Positions 41,380-51,522 of a DNA stretch of 64,000 bases are shown one piece after another (position 1 is the first letter of the stretch; the number at the start of each line of letters is the position of its first letter). The notes beneath the pieces were generated by a model that worked only from the letters and a program-made list of their open reading frames with translations, had not been told where the DNA came from and did no database searches. Made by a program: the position numbers and the translations under genes. Source of the stretch: a virus; the IMG/VR virus record IMGVR_UViG_3300032251_000002, positions 1 through 64,000 of that record. One strand, written 5' to 3'.

Positions 41380-41835
41380 CTATTTTGATTCAATGTGTTC
41401 TGCAACCTTTCTAGCATCATTAATATCTACGTATTCAAATAATATTGCTGGGCAGCAAGGACAAGACCAATAAATAACGTCTTTGAATTTACGAGTTTCC
41501 ATTTCTTCACCACATAAGGAACATACACATTTAGTACTAATTCCACGAACTTTCAATTGATTCAATTTAACTATTTGATTATTAACAACATCTAGTTTAT
41601 CTTGCATATCAATTTGTTGTTTCATTAATCCTTTAGTGATTAAAGTTTGAATTCCAATGATTTTCATAGTTTGATTGTGAATAGAATTAGAATGTTCATC
41701 GTTCTCAACCAGTATATCTAATTCTTTACACTTATCATCAAATAGAATAAATAAGTCATCAATAGATAACTCTTCAATAACTGGCTCACTCCATACTTTT
41801 TTTGTTTTATTACACATTTTTCTTTCCTCCATCAT
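41380..41835 (-). CDS. hypothetical protein with C-terminal zinc ribbon
   Basis: CSLC...CPCC; early-type promoter at 41869..41884. Confidence 0.6.
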   Translation of the reverse strand: MMEERKMCNKTKKVWSEPVIEELSIDDLFILFDDKCKELDILVENDEHSNSIHNQTMKIIGIQTLITKGLMKQQIDMQDKLDVVNNQIVKLNQLKVRGISTKCVCSLCGEEMETRKFKDVIYWSCPCCPAILFEYVDINDARKVAEHIESK

Positions 41836-41949
41836 TTCTCCTTAGTTTATATTATAATCTATATCAACATAATAATATATGTCTATATTTTATATAAGAA
41901 AACAAATAATTATATTTGTATAATTTAATAATAGAAAGGAGTTCTTGAT

Positions 41950-42660
41950 ATGTTATTTAAATCTTTAAGTGAAGCTCAATCTGTTGCAGTTAGCTTAGTT
42001 AAAGAAGAACTTAATAGGATTCATAAAAGATACAATTTGTATGATAAAGAACACCTTGTAATGTCACTAGAACATTCTACATTTGAAATTATGTTAAGTA
42101 ATTTTAAAGAATTACAAGATATTTTTAAACATAATGTACTTGAAATAAATAATGGGTATACTTTTGAACATAGTGTTAAAGTGGCTACTATGGCTGTATT
42201 TGTTGCAATATTTATGGGATTAACTAAAGATGAAATAGATGGTATATGCAAGGGATGTCTTTTACATGATTATGGTAAAATGTTCTTAGATTATGAAGTA
42301 ATTCATAAAAATACAACATTAAATGAAAATGATATATTACATCTTAGGAAACATTGTATGATGGGTTTTAATTATTTTATAAATAATCCAGATATACCAA
42401 TAGTCAGTAAGCAAATAATACTTAATCATCATGAAAATCTAGATGGTACAGGGTATCCAAGAGGACTTACAATTAAATCATTAAATTTTTCAACTCAATT
42501 ATGTTCTTTATGTGATGTATATGATGCATTGGCATCTGATAGACCCTACAGAAGTGCTGTACCAAGTTCAAGTGCAGTCACTATGATGAAAAAAGAAATA
42601 GGTGTTAAGTTTGATAAGTCAATGTTCTTAATTATAATGAGAATATTATGTTTAGACTAA
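41950..42660 (+). CDS. HD-GYP cyclic-dinucleotide phosphodiesterase
   Basis: EHSVKVA, LLHDYGK, HHENLDGTGYP, DVYDAL, RPYR; late promoter at 41901..41912. Confidence 0.9.
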   Translation: MLFKSLSEAQSVAVSLVKEELNRIHKRYNLYDKEHLVMSLEHSTFEIMLSNFKELQDIFKHNVLEINNGYTFEHSVKVATMAVFVAIFMGLTKDEIDGICKGCLLHDYGKMFLDYEVIHKNTTLNENDILHLRKHCMMGFNYFINNPDIPIVSKQIILNHHENLDGTGYPRGLTIKSLNFSTQLCSLCDVYDALASDRPYRSAVPSSSAVTMMKKEIGVKFDKSMFLIIMRILCLD

Positions 42661-42702
42661 ATAAAAAAGAGTATAATACATTATGTATTATACTCATATT
42701 TA

Positions 42703-42909
42703 TTACATCTTAGTTAAAAAATAAAATCCATTGATTAAAAGTGCTAACAAAGTTATTGACAATGTAGCCTTAATGTATAATCTGTGAATTCGTTCATTTG
42801 TTCCTCTTCGGAATCTAATCTTTGCATCAGTTCTATACATCATTATAGCCTGTATAATCCATAAGAATATTACTATGAAGTTAAAGTACTCCATTATAAA
42901 TTTTAGCAT
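42703..42909 (-). CDS. small two-TM membrane protein
   Basis: two hydrophobic helices separated by a basic loop; AAGGTGG RBS. Confidence 0.65.
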   Translation of the reverse strand: MLKFIMEYFNFIVIFLWIIQAIMMYRTDAKIRFRRGTNERIHRLYIKATLSITLLALLINGFYFLTKM

Positions 42910-43102
42910 AAATATACCACCTTAGTCTTTTAGAACCCCCTTGAGTTTACGCTCACAATAAATCTCCTATATATAATCAATATATTGTAGACCTAGTTAT
43001 GGTCTCACATCAATATATTGTAATGTCAAAAAAATATCTATAATAAATAGTTCGTTAAAATGATAGACTAAGATAGTATAATTCCACCTTAGTCTATCAA
43101 TG

Positions 43103-44035
43103 TTATAATACTGTTACACGCTCTAAAAAGCTATTGATATCTAATATTAAAGTATTTTTACTACCATTTAAATATTCAAAAACTATATAGTTACAAGTAT
43201 TGAAATAATGTTCTTCCTCAGCATCTCTTGCTATACATTTATCAAATTGTCTTTGGTCATCAGCGTAATTATTATTTAAATCTATAATTGATTTAACACT
43301 TATTTCACCATGAGGTATATTGCAATTAGTTCTACCATTTTTGAAACTAGTTGGATAAATGTTAAATTCAAAATGAACTTGAACGTCTGATGCGTCATCT
43401 AATGGTCTTAACTCTGCTACACCAGCAAATAGATTTATATTCATAGCTTGATTCTCAAACTTACTGTCAATATACTCAAACTCAACATATGGAGAATTTT
43501 GATAGTATTCTTTATCTACATCATTTTTACATGCATTAACATCAACATATCGTTCTTCCATTGCTATTACAGAGTCATTTTTTGTAGTTATAGCTTTAAC
43601 TCTAACTAAACCTTTTGGTAAATCTATTGCATGATTATGCACTTTATGTGAATTAATCCAGTATATTCTCTCTTCTTGAACTATAGCATAAGTTTCGTCA
43701 ATTTCATCTGGAACTTCTTCAATAGTGTTTAATTCTTCTTCTACTGCAAAATCATCATCTTCAAAATCATCTAATGGATAACCATTAAATTCATCAACAG
43801 ATTCTACAACTTCTATATCAACATACTCAGCTTTAACCTTTACATTAATACATTCATCTTTATTATGTTGATTTAAAGACAACATACAGAAAGATTCAAT
43901 TTCAGTATCATATATAAAAGCATAACCTTCTTCATATGCCTTCATTATAGTTAATCCATCTAAATCAGTAACATTCTTAATATGACTTTTTTTAACTCTA
44001 TACTGTTTACCCTCTTCGTTTAATTTAACTGCCAT
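43103..44035 (-). CDS. hypothetical protein with internal duplication
   Basis: LPKGLVRVKAI...PYVEFEY repeated as IPHGEISVKSI...NYIVFEY. Confidence 0.65.
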   Translation of the reverse strand: MAVKLNEEGKQYRVKKSHIKNVTDLDGLTIMKAYEEGYAFIYDTEIESFCMLSLNQHNKDECINVKVKAEYVDIEVVESVDEFNGYPLDDFEDDDFAVEEELNTIEEVPDEIDETYAIVQEERIYWINSHKVHNHAIDLPKGLVRVKAITTKNDSVIAMEERYVDVNACKNDVDKEYYQNSPYVEFEYIDSKFENQAMNINLFAGVAELRPLDDASDVQVHFEFNIYPTSFKNGRTNCNIPHGEISVKSIIDLNNNYADDQRQFDKCIARDAEEEHYFNTCNYIVFEYLNGSKNTLILDINSFLERVTVL

Positions 44036-44098
44036 AATTAATCCTCCTTAATTACATATTAAATAAGGGATATCTAAATTAATAGATATCCCTTGATA

Positions 44099-46135
44099 TT
44101 ATTTATTGAGTAATAAACTCTTTAAGAAACTCTCATTAATGATTGGAATTCCTAAATCTTTTGCATCTTTATTCTTACCTGTATTACTTTCGATATCATT
44201 ATTAATAAGATAATTAGTATTCTTACTTACCTTACCACTAACTTTATGACCAAGTAACTCTAACTCTTTCTTAAGTTCTGTACGGTTTTTCCACTGATTT
44301 ACTGAACCTGTGATTACAAACTTATACTTAGGAGTGTTGCCATTTTTAGCAATAGCTTCTTTAAATATACATAAGTTGTTTTCAACATGATTATAAACAT
44401 CAATGAAATCATCTTGGAACTTTCTCATACCTTTAATAAACTTATTAATTCTGATGTCGGAGAATCCTTCAGTGTGTAATAATGTTTCATAGAATTCTTC
44501 ACCTTCATAGAAAAATAAATCTTCATCATAATCAGCAAATAGTTCTTCAATTGTCCAAATTGTCATAAGGTCTTTTGCTTGAGACAATCCAAAGTCATCA
44601 ATACCTAGTCCAGCAAGAATCTCATAATCAAATGGTTGCTTACTTTCAATAGCTTTTTTAATTCCATTAGCAGATACTTTACCCATGCCATCAAGTTTAG
44701 CAACTTCATTATAATCTAACTCATAAAGGTCAGATATACGGTGTAGCATATCAGCATTATAAAGTTTCTTAAGAGTGCTTGAACCTACACCTTTGATATC
44801 AAGTTTTACTAAATATCTTTCAACTCTACCTACAATTTTACCATCACATTCTTCATTATAACAATAAGCAAAGACTTCTGTATCATTTAAGAATATTGGT
44901 TTCTTACATATAGGACATAGTTGTATAAATTCGAATGGCTCAATCAAATCATTCTCTGGAACATCAAGTTTTTCAACATATGATAAAGTATCATTACGAT
45001 ATTGAACTAATACTTTACTGCCAATTCCCAGACCTAATTTTTCAAATCTCTCATAGTTAGCTAGGGATACAGTTGTCTGTTCAGCACCATTAAACACAAC
45101 TGGCTCAAACACAACTTTAGGAGTAATTCTACTTGTCTTACCATAATCAAATACAAAGTCAACTACAGTTGATTCTTTTTCCATATAAGGGAACTTTAAA
45201 GCAACTGCCCACTTAGGTTTAGAGTTTGTAATTCCTAATTTACGATACTTAGGGTCAAGTAATTCAATTACCAAGCCATCAATCATAAATGGTAAATCAA
45301 ATCTTTCAGTTGAAAGAGTATCATAGATGTCTTCAATTTGTGTTGTAATAGTGTCTAAGTCACCCTCAAGTATTTCAAGATTATCATTAAACTTAATAGA
45401 ATTTAAAGAACCAACCTTACCACTAAATTCTCTTTCAATGAATAAATATTCATCCATTTTATCTACTTCTTCATCAATGAAACTCATACCTAATGGAACT
45501 AGAGTAAGATATTCTACATATTCATGTGCATTATCTCTATCAAGTAATCCAGCTACTAAACTTCTTGGATTAGCATATGTAGACAATCCTGGCTCTTCTT
45601 GTATCAAATCAAAGTTTTCATAAGTAGTCATAACTTCATATTTAATTCCTACATGAGATTCATCTAAGATAGTCATATCTTTAAATACATGGTATAAATC
45701 TTTACCTTTACCATTTCTACCTCTTGTTAATGCAGTTACGACCTTACCTTTATTGTACTCAATAACTACACTGTTACCATCATACTTATAAGATAATCCT
45801 ACATCAAACGGACCAAAGTCATTACCTGTAGTTCTATAAAACCATTCCTTAAGTTCAACAATAGTATTTACTTTAGAAAGTGACCCAACAAGGTGTCCAA
45901 AAGAATGTTTAACATTTACTGTACCTTTACCCTCTTTAGGTTCTGCTCCAATAGGTAATGGACCAACTTCACTTTCATATCTATCTCTTAATGCATCATA
46001 TATGTCATCTGACATAGATTTCTTTTCTTCATTGTAATAAGTTTTAGCTGCTTTTTCTAACATCATCTTAACTAAGGACTGCTGTTTAGCATCCCATTTA
46101 GGTAAATCTAAGTAATCTGAAGTTCTTAATCCCAC
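44099..46135 (-). CDS. ligA: NAD-dependent DNA ligase
   Basis: KYDG adenylation motif, LTRG, NPRS, IDGLV, zinc finger, HhH, C-terminal BRCT (FVITG...VSKNTNYLI). Confidence 0.95.
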   Translation of the reverse strand: MGLRTSDYLDLPKWDAKQQSLVKMMLEKAAKTYYNEEKKSMSDDIYDALRDRYESEVGPLPIGAEPKEGKGTVNVKHSFGHLVGSLSKVNTIVELKEWFYRTTGNDFGPFDVGLSYKYDGNSVVIEYNKGKVVTALTRGRNGKGKDLYHVFKDMTILDESHVGIKYEVMTTYENFDLIQEEPGLSTYANPRSLVAGLLDRDNAHEYVEYLTLVPLGMSFIDEEVDKMDEYLFIEREFSGKVGSLNSIKFNDNLEILEGDLDTITTQIEDIYDTLSTERFDLPFMIDGLVIELLDPKYRKLGITNSKPKWAVALKFPYMEKESTVVDFVFDYGKTSRITPKVVFEPVVFNGAEQTTVSLANYERFEKLGLGIGSKVLVQYRNDTLSYVEKLDVPENDLIEPFEFIQLCPICKKPIFLNDTEVFAYCYNEECDGKIVGRVERYLVKLDIKGVGSSTLKKLYNADMLHRISDLYELDYNEVAKLDGMGKVSANGIKKAIESKQPFDYEILAGLGIDDFGLSQAKDLMTIWTIEELFADYDEDLFFYEGEEFYETLLHTEGFSDIRINKFIKGMRKFQDDFIDVYNHVENNLCIFKEAIAKNGNTPKYKFVITGSVNQWKNRTELKKELELLGHKVSGKVSKNTNYLINNDIESNTGKNKDAKDLGIPIINESFLKSLLLNK

Positions 46136-46147
46136 AGTGTTTCCTCC

Positions 46148-46699
46148 TTAGTAATACTCATAATAATCTGGACTCACATAATCTACAAGCCAAACATTGT
46201 TAATAGTCTTATAAAATACTATACCATCATCATGCATTTTTTTAGCATTAATTCTAATTATCTTAGGGTCTCCTCTTCGACTGCCTACAGTTCTAGCAGT
46301 TTCTTCATCTTTAGATAAATGTACTGCGTGTCTGGTCATTTTTCTAATACCATCATAAGATATAGTTTCCCAAGTTTTTTGAGTAGTTCCATGATATAAA
46401 TATTTTGGTGGTATTTCTGGATGCATATTAAATGTAACATCTACTGTAGATATACTATGACCTTGATTAGCTCTAATCATATTACCATCTTTTGAGAATG
46501 AATACCTTGTTTTCTTATCAGTTGCAACTACTTCTTTAAGTTTTTCTAAAGACATTTTATGTTTTGGAGAAAACCTACTTATTCTATCAAGTAATTCTTC
46601 AACAAAACAATACCCATCCAAGTCTAACTTAAGAGATAGACTTGATGGATTGTGTCTTAGAACATAACTAAGATATCTACTTAGTTTATCATTGTTCAT
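46148..46699 (-). CDS. kptA: RNA 2'-phosphotransferase Tpt1/KptA
   Basis: ATG at 46699; LSYVLRH, IRANQGHS, LYHGT, RHAVHLS, NNVWL. Confidence 0.92.
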   Translation of the reverse strand: MNNDKLSRYLSYVLRHNPSSLSLKLDLDGYCFVEELLDRISRFSPKHKMSLEKLKEVVATDKKTRYSFSKDGNMIRANQGHSISTVDVTFNMHPEIPPKYLYHGTTQKTWETISYDGIRKMTRHAVHLSKDEETARTVGSRRGDPKIIRINAKKMHDDGIVFYKTINNVWLVDYVSPDYYEYY

Positions 46700-47114
46700 C
46701 TCTGTACCCCTCAAAATTCTTCTTTGCAAATTCTTTGAACTCTTCAAGTGACATGATGTCCATATACTTATGACTAACAACATGACATTTAGCTTTGTAA
46801 TACTTAATGTAATCATTGTTCTCAGTATATCCTTCTCCATCAAATACAAATATATGATGATGATATCCTAAAACACCTCTATCAAACATATGTGCCATTC
46901 TTTGAAGTTCTCTATTTGCTGCATTTTCACCTAACCAACCTATTTCAATAATCATTTGTGGTTTATTAGGGAAAGTTAATCTTAACATTTCATCTCTAGC
47001 TTCAGTAATACCAAACTGGTCTCTGAACATAGCTTCTGATTCTGGATTCATTTTATAGCTTTTTAAGATTTCAATAACCTTATTTACTGGACTCATTACT
47101 GTTTGTTTACTCAT
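46689..47114 (-). CDS. hypothetical protein
   Basis: ORF in operon. Confidence 0.65.
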   Translation of the reverse strand: MSKQTVMSPVNKVIEILKSYKMNPESEAMFRDQFGITEARDEMLRLTFPNKPQMIIEIGWLGENAANRELQRMAHMFDRGVLGYHHHIFVFDGEGYTENNDYIKYYKAKCHVVSHKYMDIMSLEEFKEFAKKNFEGYRDEQ

Positions 47115-47115
47115 A

Positions 47116-47709
47116 TTATTTACCTCTTTTCGTTATTAAGTTATTAAGACTTATAGCCTTATATAGTTTACCTAAAAATGATTGTTTCTTTTCAATAACT
47201 TTAGTTGGTTTTTCACCGACTAATAATACTTCTTTAGATTCAAAGCTTTTAAAGAATCCATCAAACACATTTTTGTTTTCAGTAAAGTATGTAATTGTTT
47301 TGTCAAGGTTTTCACTGTCAAAAATATTTCCTCTTACAAAATGAATATCACGTTTTAAGAAAGTATCCATATCTTTACTTCTAATGATTGCATAATCATG
47401 AGATACTACATTAATATCAGTCATTGTAAAATCAAATAAATCTAAAGGATTATTCTTAACTCTATTTTTATGGAAAATTACAACTTGACTAGTATTTTCT
47501 CTAAGATATCTTAGCATTCCTTTATGAAAAATACCTTCATCCGTAACTATAGAACCATCCCTCATTCTATTTGAAATTATTACATATGTGAAACCTTCTT
47601 CCTTCTCAGCCATATATTTTAAAGTAGTATGCCAATGTGTCAACCTTTGTTTCATAGCTCTAGCTTCAAGAATCCTACCTTCATCAATAAATGCATCATA
47701 AATTATCAT
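47116..47709 (-). CDS. hypothetical protein
   Basis: ORF with RBS. Confidence 0.65.
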   Translation of the reverse strand: MIIYDAFIDEGRILEARAMKQRLTHWHTTLKYMAEKEEGFTYVIISNRMRDGSIVTDEGIFHKGMLRYLRENTSQVVIFHKNRVKNNPLDLFDFTMTDINVVSHDYAIIRSKDMDTFLKRDIHFVRGNIFDSENLDKTITYFTENKNVFDGFFKSFESKEVLLVGEKPTKVIEKKQSFLGKLYKAISLNNLITKRGK

Positions 47710-47748
47710 ATCTTTCCTCCCTTGTTAAAAAATATAGCCTAGAATAAT

Positions 47749-48327
47749 CTAGGCTATCTTACTTATAATCCAGAAACCACCATTAATAACTCTCATAGCT
47801 CTTATAAGAGTATCAACTGTTGCTTCTTTTCTTTCAGTAATATTTTCATAATCAATTCCTACAGGTGATAAGATTAAACAATTATTTTGTTCATCTATTC
47901 CTTCTATAAGAACTACATGTCTTGATGGTTTATGTTTAGAATTAACTAAACTGTAATCTAAACTAACAATAATATCTGCATCATTGTTAAGAATTAAATT
48001 CTTAACATAATTTGCATCATAATCAAATGAGTCTTGAACTGCTTTCCAATCAACATAAGTTTCCTTTAATGGAATTCCTTCTGGTTTAAAGAATTGTTGG
48101 TTTAAATCATTTACATGACAACCTTGGTCTTCAAACTTTTTAGCAATTTTAACATTAGGATACATTTCTTTATCTTTTTCAGATGTTTGAAATTTAAGAA
48201 ATTTTGTTGCTAATCCTAATTGAGAGTAACCTTTATCAAGGTTATGTCTCTTTAGAATCATTAGTATACATGCTGGAACACACATATTTGGGTCTTGATT
48301 AACTATAATTTTGTATCTTTTCTTCAA
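47749..48327 (-). CDS. papain-like (C39-type) cysteine peptidase-like protein
   Basis: QDPNMCVPACILMIL and RHVVLIEG. Confidence 0.6.
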   Translation of the reverse strand: MKKRYKIIVNQDPNMCVPACILMILKRHNLDKGYSQLGLATKFLKFQTSEKDKEMYPNVKIAKKFEDQGCHVNDLNQQFFKPEGIPLKETYVDWKAVQDSFDYDANYVKNLILNNDADIIVSLDYSLVNSKHKPSRHVVLIEGIDEQNNCLILSPVGIDYENITERKEATVDTLIRAMRVINGGFWIISKIA

Positions 48328-48338
48328 ATCAAAACCTC

Positions 48339-48905
48339 CTAAATAAGTGACTTGTCAAATTTTGATTCATCTACATTTTGTACCAATGATGACATATCAA
48401 TACCCATTTCAATAAACTTATCAAAAGCTTTTCTTGCTGAATTCTCATTAACTATATGAAATAATACTGCATATTGTTCCTTGATGTCATCAACTAATTC
48501 ACAATTAACTTTAGATAGATTTATTATTATTTCACTTAGTTCAGGATTACTTTCAGCTGTCACACTATAGTTTTCTGATACAAACTTAATAAAGTCAGTT
48601 TCATTGTCTCTCTTGTTATCAATATTTACACCAGTCATACCATATCTATTAAGTATACTTTTAAACTCGTAAGATTCAAGTTTGAAATATCCTTTTTTCA
48701 ATAGTTTTTTAACATTTTCCATTGCATGAGTATAATGACTAAAAGCCATTTGAAGTTCTTCAAATGCTTGCACATGGTTCTTTTTAAGGTCAAGTTCAAT
48801 TAAACCAGCAACTTCTTGTTGAAATCCAGTGGTTACTTCACCTATACGTTTTTTCTTCTTAGATGTTAAGAATTCTCTTAATGTTTTTTTAGTAATGTTT
48901 GCCAT
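48339..48905 (-). CDS. hypothetical protein
   Basis: ORF with RBS. Confidence 0.65.
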   Translation of the reverse strand: MANITKKTLREFLTSKKKKRIGEVTTGFQQEVAGLIELDLKKNHVQAFEELQMAFSHYTHAMENVKKLLKKGYFKLESYEFKSILNRYGMTGVNIDNKRDNETDFIKFVSENYSVTAESNPELSEIIINLSKVNCELVDDIKEQYAVLFHIVNENSARKAFDKFIEMGIDMSSLVQNVDESKFDKSLI

Positions 48906-48921
48906 TGGTTGTTCTCCTTAT

Positions 48922-49125
48922 CTAAAATGATGTCTTAAGTTGTGAAAACTTATTACATGGAATTAAACAATCTTTTCCAATTGTTATAACTACTTCAGAT
49001 AATCTATCCTTAATCAATTCAATTACTTCATTGTTTAATGCAAGATAGTCATCTTTAAATTTACATACGCTTTCCTTATTACAATTATCACACACTCTTA
49101 ATCTACTTTCTGGACTTCTAGCCAT
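48922..49125 (-). CDS. small Cys-rich protein
   Basis: CDNC...VC; early-type promoter at 49146..49161. Confidence 0.6.
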   Translation of the reverse strand: MARSPESRLRVCDNCNKESVCKFKDDYLALNNEVIELIKDRLSEVVITIGKDCLIPCNKFSQLKTSF

Positions 49126-49159
49126 TGTAATTCCTCCTTATCCTAGCTATAATATATAC

Positions 49160-50272
49160 TTAAAATTTATCTTTACCATAGATGAAACCACATGTAGACA
49201 ATATAATATTCAAAAGAAGTATTACAGTATAAGCTACACCAGATGGGTCTAATTGAATGTATTCAAAATCAGCCATTTCTTTTCTATCAAACTTATCTAT
49301 TATATAAGCTTCAGTTTCATCTAAAATGTTATAAAACATTTCAGTAGTTCCATAATTATTAATCATGTTTCTTACTTCAATTTTTAAAGCTTCATCTTCT
49401 GCCCATGAGAATACATGAGTCCATTCAATATCAGTTCCTTTAGAACCTATTACAATAATAAAATCATTCTTATTACCATTTTCCCATTTCTCTTGAAGTG
49501 CATATGCTTCTTGAATTGGAACATTTCCAACGTTAACAACTATAACATTAATTTCTTTCCATGACTTCTTCTTACCAGTTTCTTCATCAGTTATCATGGT
49601 GTTAAGATTAGAATTCATCTCATTTAAATTTTCCAAAGTTTTATCAAATTCTGGAAATGCACCTAGTAGTCTCATTACCATAAAATTTTTCACATCATTA
49701 GGATACTCTGGTAAATGTTTGTAATCCTTGATATCTATCTCTTCATATTTATATATTGAACTTGAGACTTTTAGATAATTATCGTACTTGTGTAAACTTG
49801 ATGTTGGTTGACCTATTTCCCACCATTGATATAACTCACTAGCTTTATTAGGATAACTATCTTTAAATCTAGTTCCATCAGGTGCTTTAGTCACATATTG
49901 TTTACCACCATCAGATGTTTTAATCCAGTTCTTAGCTGAATGATGTTTCCATTTTCCTGGGATGGTTTCTATATACGTTTCGGTTTTTGTTTTACCATTT
50001 ACAGTTTTAGTTCTTGTTTTAGTTACAGTTTTAGGTGGAATCCATTCATCCCATTCCTCTTTATGACCTACTTCAGTTATTCTACCTGACCATATTTCAG
50101 TATCAGTTATTCTTGCTTTAATATCTATCTTTATTACAATAAAGTTAATTGCAATTAAAATAAAAACTCCCAGTACTATAAAGTGTACTGGGATTTCTAT
50201 ATTTAATTTAACTTTAATTATAATAAATATTATAGCAAGTAAAATTGGTAATCCTACTGTTACAATATTCAT
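49160..50272 (-). CDS. membrane protein (two N-terminal TM, one C-terminal TM)
   Basis: hydrophobic termini; WENGNKNDFIIVIG; paired with the adjacent membrane-anchored gene. Confidence 0.7.
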   Translation of the reverse strand: MNIVTVGLPILLAIIFIIIKVKLNIEIPVHFIVLGVFILIAINFIVIKIDIKARITDTEIWSGRITEVGHKEEWDEWIPPKTVTKTRTKTVNGKTKTETYIETIPGKWKHHSAKNWIKTSDGGKQYVTKAPDGTRFKDSYPNKASELYQWWEIGQPTSSLHKYDNYLKVSSSIYKYEEIDIKDYKHLPEYPNDVKNFMVMRLLGAFPEFDKTLENLNEMNSNLNTMITDEETGKKKSWKEINVIVVNVGNVPIQEAYALQEKWENGNKNDFIIVIGSKGTDIEWTHVFSWAEDEALKIEVRNMINNYGTTEMFYNILDETEAYIIDKFDRKEMADFEYIQLDPSGVAYTVILLLNIILSTCGFIYGKDKF

Positions 50273-50281
50273 AATAACCTC

Positions 50282-50839
50282 CTAATCGTCTTTGTTATCA
50301 AATAAGTCTACTTCATCACTACCACCATCATCAAATGTTTTCTTAGTCTCATCAGATGTGATAACGAAGTCATTCATATCTAGTTCAGTTTTACCTAAGA
50401 TAGCTGACATAATGAAATGAACTTCTACATAAGTATTGTATTCTCTAACAACATCTGTAATCTTCATTTGCATATTATTAAAGTTTGCTCTACCACTCTC
50501 AATAGCAGCTTGTAAGTTAGTATAAACTTCAGTACCTAGTTGTGGATTATCTTCTTTAATCATTTGGAATAAAGGAGCAGAGTCTTCATAACGACCACCA
50601 ATTAATCCAGTATATAATTCTTTATAATGTTCAGCTTGCTGCTCTGTTACTTGTGCCATTTCTTTAAATGTTTTCCACATAGCATCATAAGATGTTTGGT
50701 TGGCAACATACTGTGCATCAATTTGATTTTCTAATTTAATCATAGTTGTTCTTGATGATAATACTGATGCTATTGAACCTACAATTAGTAACAGTACAAT
50801 ACCTAAAATTGATAATCCGATAATAGTTCCTTTTTTCAT
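50282..50839 (-). CDS. membrane-anchored helical protein (LemA-like)
   Basis: N-terminal TM; LQAAIESGRANF...VREYN. Confidence 0.55.
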   Translation of the reverse strand: MKKGTIIGLSILGIVLLLIVGSIASVLSSRTTMIKLENQIDAQYVANQTSYDAMWKTFKEMAQVTEQQAEHYKELYTGLIGGRYEDSAPLFQMIKEDNPQLGTEVYTNLQAAIESGRANFNNMQMKITDVVREYNTYVEVHFIMSAILGKTELDMNDFVITSDETKKTFDDGGSDEVDLFDNKDD

Positions 50840-50851
50840 TTTAAATCTCCT

Positions 50852-51142
50852 TTATTGGTTGGCTTGTTGGTCTAAAAGTATAGTTAATAAATCATTTCTA
50901 CACTTTGTAGCTAACTTATCTAATGATAAGTCTTTTCTTATGAGCAAGTCTCCGACAAATTGCAATGTTGAGTTAAGTTCAGTCTTTAGACTTGGGTCAC
51001 TTAAACGAATTATAAAGTAAGGACTAAAGTTGTTGTGATTAACTTCAACTCTTAATGACTCACTACCATAATCCTTCCTAAGTACTTGTTTAATTAAATC
51101 AATTTTTTCTTTTAATTGATTTGTCTTGTATTCTTCTATCAT
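50852..51142 (-). CDS. hypothetical protein, probable scaffold-family member with short loop
   Basis: KIDLIKQ..LRV...CRNDLLTILLD pattern shared with 51515..52012. Confidence 0.6.
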   Translation of the reverse strand: MIEEYKTNQLKEKIDLIKQVLRKDYGSESLRVEVNHNNFSPYFIIRLSDPSLKTELNSTLQFVGDLLIRKDLSLDKLATKCRNDLLTILLDQQANQ

Positions 51143-51522
51143 TTCAAAATCACTTCCATTAATTGTACTTTGATTTCTTGACGTATTTCAGCTTTAGTTT
51201 TATTTAAAGCATCATAAATTGAAACTCTACCTACTTTAACAAATGTAGGTTCATTCTTTGTTCGTAAACCATTATTCTTTTCTTGTCTACCATCTTTCCA
51301 TTCACTACCATAAAACCATTCTTCATACTCTTGCATTTCAATAGTACCTACTTGCATACTAATAACAGTCTTCTTTGTAGAATTATCATATGAGTGTGAA
51401 GGAAAATCTGCAGCCATACCATTCTCTTTCAACATAAATCTAATTACATTGATTCTTTTATGGACTTGACGTTGGTCTAATAAATATTTCTTTTTTCTTT
51501 TATTTATTTTTTTCTTACCCAT
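51139..51522 (-). CDS. hypothetical protein, probable scaffold-family member with medium insert
   Basis: RINVIR..LKENG and C-terminal KAEIRQEIKVQLMEVIL. Confidence 0.6.
   Translation of the reverse strand: MGKKKINKRKKKYLLDQRQVHKRINVIRFMLKENGMAADFPSHSYDNSTKKTVISMQVGTIEMQEYEEWFYGSEWKDGRQEKNNGLRTKNEPTFVKVGRVSIYDALNKTKAEIRQEIKVQLMEVILK

Noticed and set aside
42910-43060. c-di-GMP riboswitch near the HD-GYP gene
   Set aside because: Class I/II consensus elements not found, and the region is downstream of HD-GYP
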